In this document: positions 60,433 to 64,000 of the stretch, one piece after another
How the letters are laid out: each line of letters starts with the position of its first letter
Position numbering within the stretch: the stretch's first letter is position 1
Assembly (NCBI RefSeq): GCF_003790525.1
Contig: NZ_CP033635.1
Strand: one strand, 5' to 3'
DNA length: 64,000 bases
From: Escherichia coli
GTDB lineage: Bacteria; Pseudomonadota; Gammaproteobacteria; Enterobacterales; Enterobacteriaceae
Program-made: the position numbers and the translations under genes
The notes under the pieces: generated by a model
The model's database searches: none
The model's input: the letters and a program-made list of their open reading frames with translations, nothing else
Told to the model about the DNA's origin: nothing

Positions 60433-61716
60433 GTGAACACATTTTCAGTTTCCCGTCTGGCGCTGGCATTGGCTTTTGGCGTGACGCTGACCGCCTGTAG
60501 CTCAACACCGCCCGATCAACGTCCTTCTGATCAAACCGCGCCAGGTACCTCTTCTCGCCCGATTCTGTCGGCAAAAGAAGCGCAGAATTTCGATGCTCAA
60601 CACTATTTTGCATCCCTGACACCAGGTGCTGCAGCGTGGAATCCTTCCCCGATTACCCTGCCTGCACAACCTGACTTTGTTGTCGGCCCGGCGGGTACTC
60701 AAGGTGTAACGCATACCACGATTCAGGCGGCGGTAGATGCGGCAATTATCAAGCGTACCAACAAGCGCCAGTATATTGCCGTGATGCCTGGTGAGTATCA
60801 GGGAACGGTGTATGTCCCTGCCGCTCCGGGTGGAATTACTCTGTACGGTACAGGTGAAAAACCGATTGATGTGAAGATTGGGCTTTCCCTTGATGGTGGC
60901 ATGAGCCCTGCCGACTGGCGTCACGACGTCAACCCGCGCGGCAAATATATGCCAGGTAAACCGGCGTGGTATATGTACGATAGCTGCCAGAGTAAACGCA
61001 GCGACAGTATCGGTGTTCTCTGCTCTGCGGTCTTCTGGTCACAAAACAATGGCCTGCAACTGCAAAACCTGACCATCGAAAACACGCTGGGCGATAGCGT
61101 AGATGCGGGTAACCATCCGGCGGTGGCACTGCGTACTGATGGCGACAAAGTGCAGATCAATAACGTCAACATTCTCGGTCGTCAGAACACCTTCTTTGTC
61201 ACCAACAGCGGTGTGCAGAACCGTCTGGAAACCAACCGTCAGCCGCGTACGCTGGTGACCAACAGCTATATTGAAGGGGATGTGGATATCGTTTCTGGTC
61301 GCGGCGCAGTGGTGTTCGATAACACCGAATTCCGCGTGGTGAACTCCCGTACCCAGCAAGAAGCGTATGTGTTTGCACCGGCTACGCTGTCCAACATTTA
61401 CTACGGTTTCCTCGCCGTAAACAGCCGTTTCAATGCTTCCGGTGATGGCGTGGCGCAACTGGGCCGCTCGCTGGATGTTGATGCCAATACCAACGGTCAG
61501 GTAGTGATCCGTGATAGCGCCATCAACGAAGGTTTTAACACGGCGAAACCGTGGGCCGATGCGGTGATTTCCAATCGTCCGTTTGCGGGTAATACTGGCA
61601 ACGTTGATGATAACGACGAAGTACAGCGCAATCTGAATGACACTAACTACAACCGCATGTGGGAATACAATAACCGCGGCGTGGGTAGCAAAGTGGTTGC
61701 AGAGGCGAAGAAGTAA
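60433..61716 (+). CDS. ybhC: YbhC, outer-membrane lipoprotein (pectinesterase-like fold)
   Basis: 427-aa ORF with lipoprotein signal (LTACSS); matches YbhC. Confidence 0.9.
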   Translation: MNTFSVSRLALALAFGVTLTACSSTPPDQRPSDQTAPGTSSRPILSAKEAQNFDAQHYFASLTPGAAAWNPSPITLPAQPDFVVGPAGTQGVTHTTIQAAVDAAIIKRTNKRQYIAVMPGEYQGTVYVPAAPGGITLYGTGEKPIDVKIGLSLDGGMSPADWRHDVNPRGKYMPGKPAWYMYDSCQSKRSDSIGVLCSAVFWSQNNGLQLQNLTIENTLGDSVDAGNHPAVALRTDGDKVQINNVNILGRQNTFFVTNSGVQNRLETNRQPRTLVTNSYIEGDVDIVSGRGAVVFDNTEFRVVNSRTQQEAYVFAPATLSNIYYGFLAVNSRFNASGDGVAQLGRSLDVDANTNGQVVIRDSAINEGFNTAKPWADAVISNRPFAGNTGNVDDNDEVQRNLNDTNYNRMWEYNNRGVGSKVVAEAKK

Positions 61717-61750
61717 AAAAAGAAAACCCGATAGTCTGAACCATCGGGTT
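61712..61750 (-). terminator. rho-independent terminator after ybhJ
   Basis: On the minus strand, AACCCGATGG-ttcagact-ATCGGGTT hairpin followed by a T-rich run. Confidence 0.55.
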
Positions 61751-61760
61751 AATGAAACTG

Positions 61761-61788
61761 GGCGCTATATTTCATAGCGCCTTTTTTT
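61761..61788 (+). terminator. rho-independent terminator after ybhC
   Basis: GGCGCTAT-atttc-ATAGCGCC hairpin followed by TTTTTTT. Confidence 0.65.
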
Positions 61789-64000
61789 ACATCTGACGGT
61801 TTTTATTGAAGTTAATCAAACTACCCGCCTTGATAATCTCGCGCTCTTCGGCCGTCAGGCTTTCCATGTAAAGCGTAATTTCCGTTACCGGCGCATCTTC
61901 ATGGATCACATAACCTTTAAACGTCGTACCCGGATTATCCAGTGCCGCTTTAATGCCAGGGATGTAAATGTAATCCCCCACTTCAAAGGTTGGCGCTTCC
62001 GCCATCTGCAGCGGTAACATCCCCCAGTTGATGACGTTAGAACGATAGCGTTTAGTCGCGTACTCCTCGGCAATATTCGCCAGACCGCCAATCACACGCT
62101 GACAACTCGCCGCCTGTTCACGCGCAGAACCATCGCCTGGTTTCACCGCATAGACCATACTGCCAATTTCAGTTTGCAGCGGATCAATATGCTCCTGACC
62201 AGCAATCTGCTTAATGCGCGCAAACACCTCTGTCAGCTCGCTGACATTTCCCGCCAGACGCTGATTTTCCAGCTCGGCAGTCGCTTTACTTCTGCCAACA
62301 TAACCTGGATCGCGGCGTGACAGAGTAAACTCCGCCAGACCAATCGGATTTGAACGATATGAAGAGGTTTCACCGGAAGGAATCAGTTCGTCGGTGGTGG
62401 TCACTTCGTCGAGGATCTTCGAGCACACTTTGAGGACGATATTGTCAGTCAGCGCACCCAATTCTGGCCAGTCTTTAATGTTCGGTCCGTAAATCAGCGG
62501 TTGCTGGGTCGCCCCTTTCACAAAGCCCTGATAAACACGGTTTTTATACGGCGTTACATCGAAGGCGTACTCCGGCACGTTGTCCCAGCAATCCAGCTCG
62601 CTGGCAGAGGTTAAATAGCCACCGTTTGCCGCAGTCGCAGCGATAGAACGAGCGTCCATCAACGCCACCGCTGACATCTGCCCATTAGCTGGCTTAGAGC
62701 CTTCGCGGTTCGGGAAGTTACGCGTGGTGTGGCGAATACTCAAACCGTTATTGATTGGTGTATCGCCCGCGCCAAAGCATGGGCCGCAGAACGCGGTTCT
62801 GATGATTGCGCCTGCGCCAATCAAATCTGCTACCACACCTTTTTTGGCGAGATCCATAAACACGGGCTGTGATGACGGGTAAACCGCTAACGAGAAGGTG
62901 TCATTGCCACAGGATTGACCGCGCAGTGCATTCGCCGCCGCGATGACGTTTTCGTAGTTACCGCCAGAACAGCCCGCGATAATCCCCTGCTGCACTTTCA
63001 GGCGACCGTTTTCGACTTTATCCAGCAGCGAGAGTTTGGCTTTACCGTGCGCCACGCGCTCGGACTCAATTTCAATCTCACGCAGAATGTCGGTCAGGTT
63101 CTGGTTCAGCGTGTCGATTTCATACACGTTGCTCGGGTGAAACGGCAGCGCAATCATTGGTTTGATGGCGCTTAAATCAACGCTGATGCAGCCATCGTAG
63201 TACGCCATCGGTTGAGGGTTAAGCTGGCAGTAATCCTGGCCGCGACCGTGCAGCGCCAGCCAGTTATGGACTTCTTCATCGGTTTGCCAGACAGAACTTA
63301 AACAGGTCGTTTCAGTGGTCATCACGTCAACGCTGTTACGGAAATCGGTAGAGAGCGCAGCAACACCGGGACCTACGAATTCCATCACTTTGTTTTTGAC
63401 GTAGCCGTTTTTGAACACGGCACCGATGATAGCCAGCGCAACATCCTGTGGCCCCACATACGGCGCAGGTTTTCCGGTCAAATGCACCGCAACAACTCCC
63501 GGATAGTCGATATCCCAGGTGTCATTAAGCAGCTGTTTTACCAACTCACCGCCACCCTCACCGACTGCCATTGTCCCTAATGCACCGTAACGGGTATGGC
63601 TGTCTGACCCGAGAATCATTTTGCCGCCGCCCGCCATCATTTCACGCATATATTGATGGATGACCGCAATATGCGGTGGCACAAAAATACCGCCATAACG
63701 TTGCGCTGCCGATAAGCCAAAAATATGGTCATCGCCATTAATAGTACCGCCGACGGCGCAGAGTGAGTTATGGCAGTTGGTCAGCACATACGGCAGCGGG
63801 AAACGTTCCATACCGGACGCTTTAGCGGTCTGTACAATACCAACAAAGGTAATATCGTGAGAGGCTAATGAATCAAACTTAATTTTAAGTTTATCCATAT
63901 TACCAGACGTATTATGAGAAGAGAGAATAGACCAGGCAATAGTGCCTTTTTTGGCTTCTTCTTTTTTAATTTCACCGGTGAAATGTTCTTCGGCAATTAT
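61787..64000 (-). CDS. ybhJ: YbhJ, aconitase-family protein; 5' end beyond the window
   Basis: The ORF continues in frame to the window edge (revcomp of 63899-64000 reads ...[42 protein letters not shown]...). Confidence 0.9.
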   Translation of the reverse strand: MIAEEHFTGEIKKEEAKKGTIAWSILSSHNTSGNMDKLKIKFDSLASHDITFVGIVQTAKASGMERFPLPYVLTNCHNSLCAVGGTINGDDHIFGLSAAQRYGGIFVPPHIAVIHQYMREMMAGGGKMILGSDSHTRYGALGTMAVGEGGGELVKQLLNDTWDIDYPGVVAVHLTGKPAPYVGPQDVALAIIGAVFKNGYVKNKVMEFVGPGVAALSTDFRNSVDVMTTETTCLSSVWQTDEEVHNWLALHGRGQDYCQLNPQPMAYYDGCISVDLSAIKPMIALPFHPSNVYEIDTLNQNLTDILREIEIESERVAHGKAKLSLLDKVENGRLKVQQGIIAGCSGGNYENVIAAANALRGQSCGNDTFSLAVYPSSQPVFMDLAKKGVVADLIGAGAIIRTAFCGPCFGAGDTPINNGLSIRHTTRNFPNREGSKPANGQMSAVALMDARSIAATAANGGYLTSASELDCWDNVPEYAFDVTPYKNRVYQGFVKGATQQPLIYGPNIKDWPELGALTDNIVLKVCSKILDEVTTTDELIPSGETSSYRSNPIGLAEFTLSRRDPGYVGRSKATAELENQRLAGNVSELTEVFARIKQIAGQEHIDPLQTEIGSMVYAVKPGDGSAREQAASCQRVIGGLANIAEEYATKRYRSNVINWGMLPLQMAEAPTFEVGDYIYIPGIKAALDNPGTTFKGYVIHEDAPVTEITLYMESLTAEEREIIKAGSLINFNKNRQM

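Overview
The window is an Escherichia/Shigella-type chromosome segment in two parts. Positions ~20.7-64 kb are conserved core genome, colinear with (but inverted relative to) the E. coli K-12 order glnPQ-ybiO-rlmF-mcbA-fiu-ybiX-ybiI-ybiJ-ybiC-ybiB-dinG-rhlE-cecR-ybhGFSR-ybhQ-ybhP-clsB-ybhN-ybhM-ybhL-moaEDCBA-ybhK-uvrB-bioDCFB/bioA-ybhB-ybhC-ybhJ, with recognisable LexA, Fur and BirA operator sites and a likely Moco riboswitch. Positions 1 to ~20.7 kb are a mosaic accessory island that runs off the left edge of the window. It carries paralogs of core envelope genes, a sitA/sitB remnant between IS66-family fragments, an Rpn nuclease gene, an IS2 beside an IS256-family remnant, an alpA-like gene with three tandem YagK/YfjJ-like genes, and a CP4-44/CP4-57-type module (GTPase, DUF932, antirestriction, RadC, DUF987, CbeA/CbtA, YeeW-like, DUF957). 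glnH is not found at its expected place upstream of glnP. The most unusual content is a ~1.5 kb strand-asymmetric A-rich non-coding tract next to a very low-GC orphan 407-aa ORF lying divergent to the island GTPase gene, plus an extra 218-aa ORF wedged into the antitoxin/toxin module. A second small difference from K-12 is a ParE-like toxin/antitoxin pair where ybiA would be expected. All homology calls rest on reading the supplied translations against remembered protein families; no database search was run.
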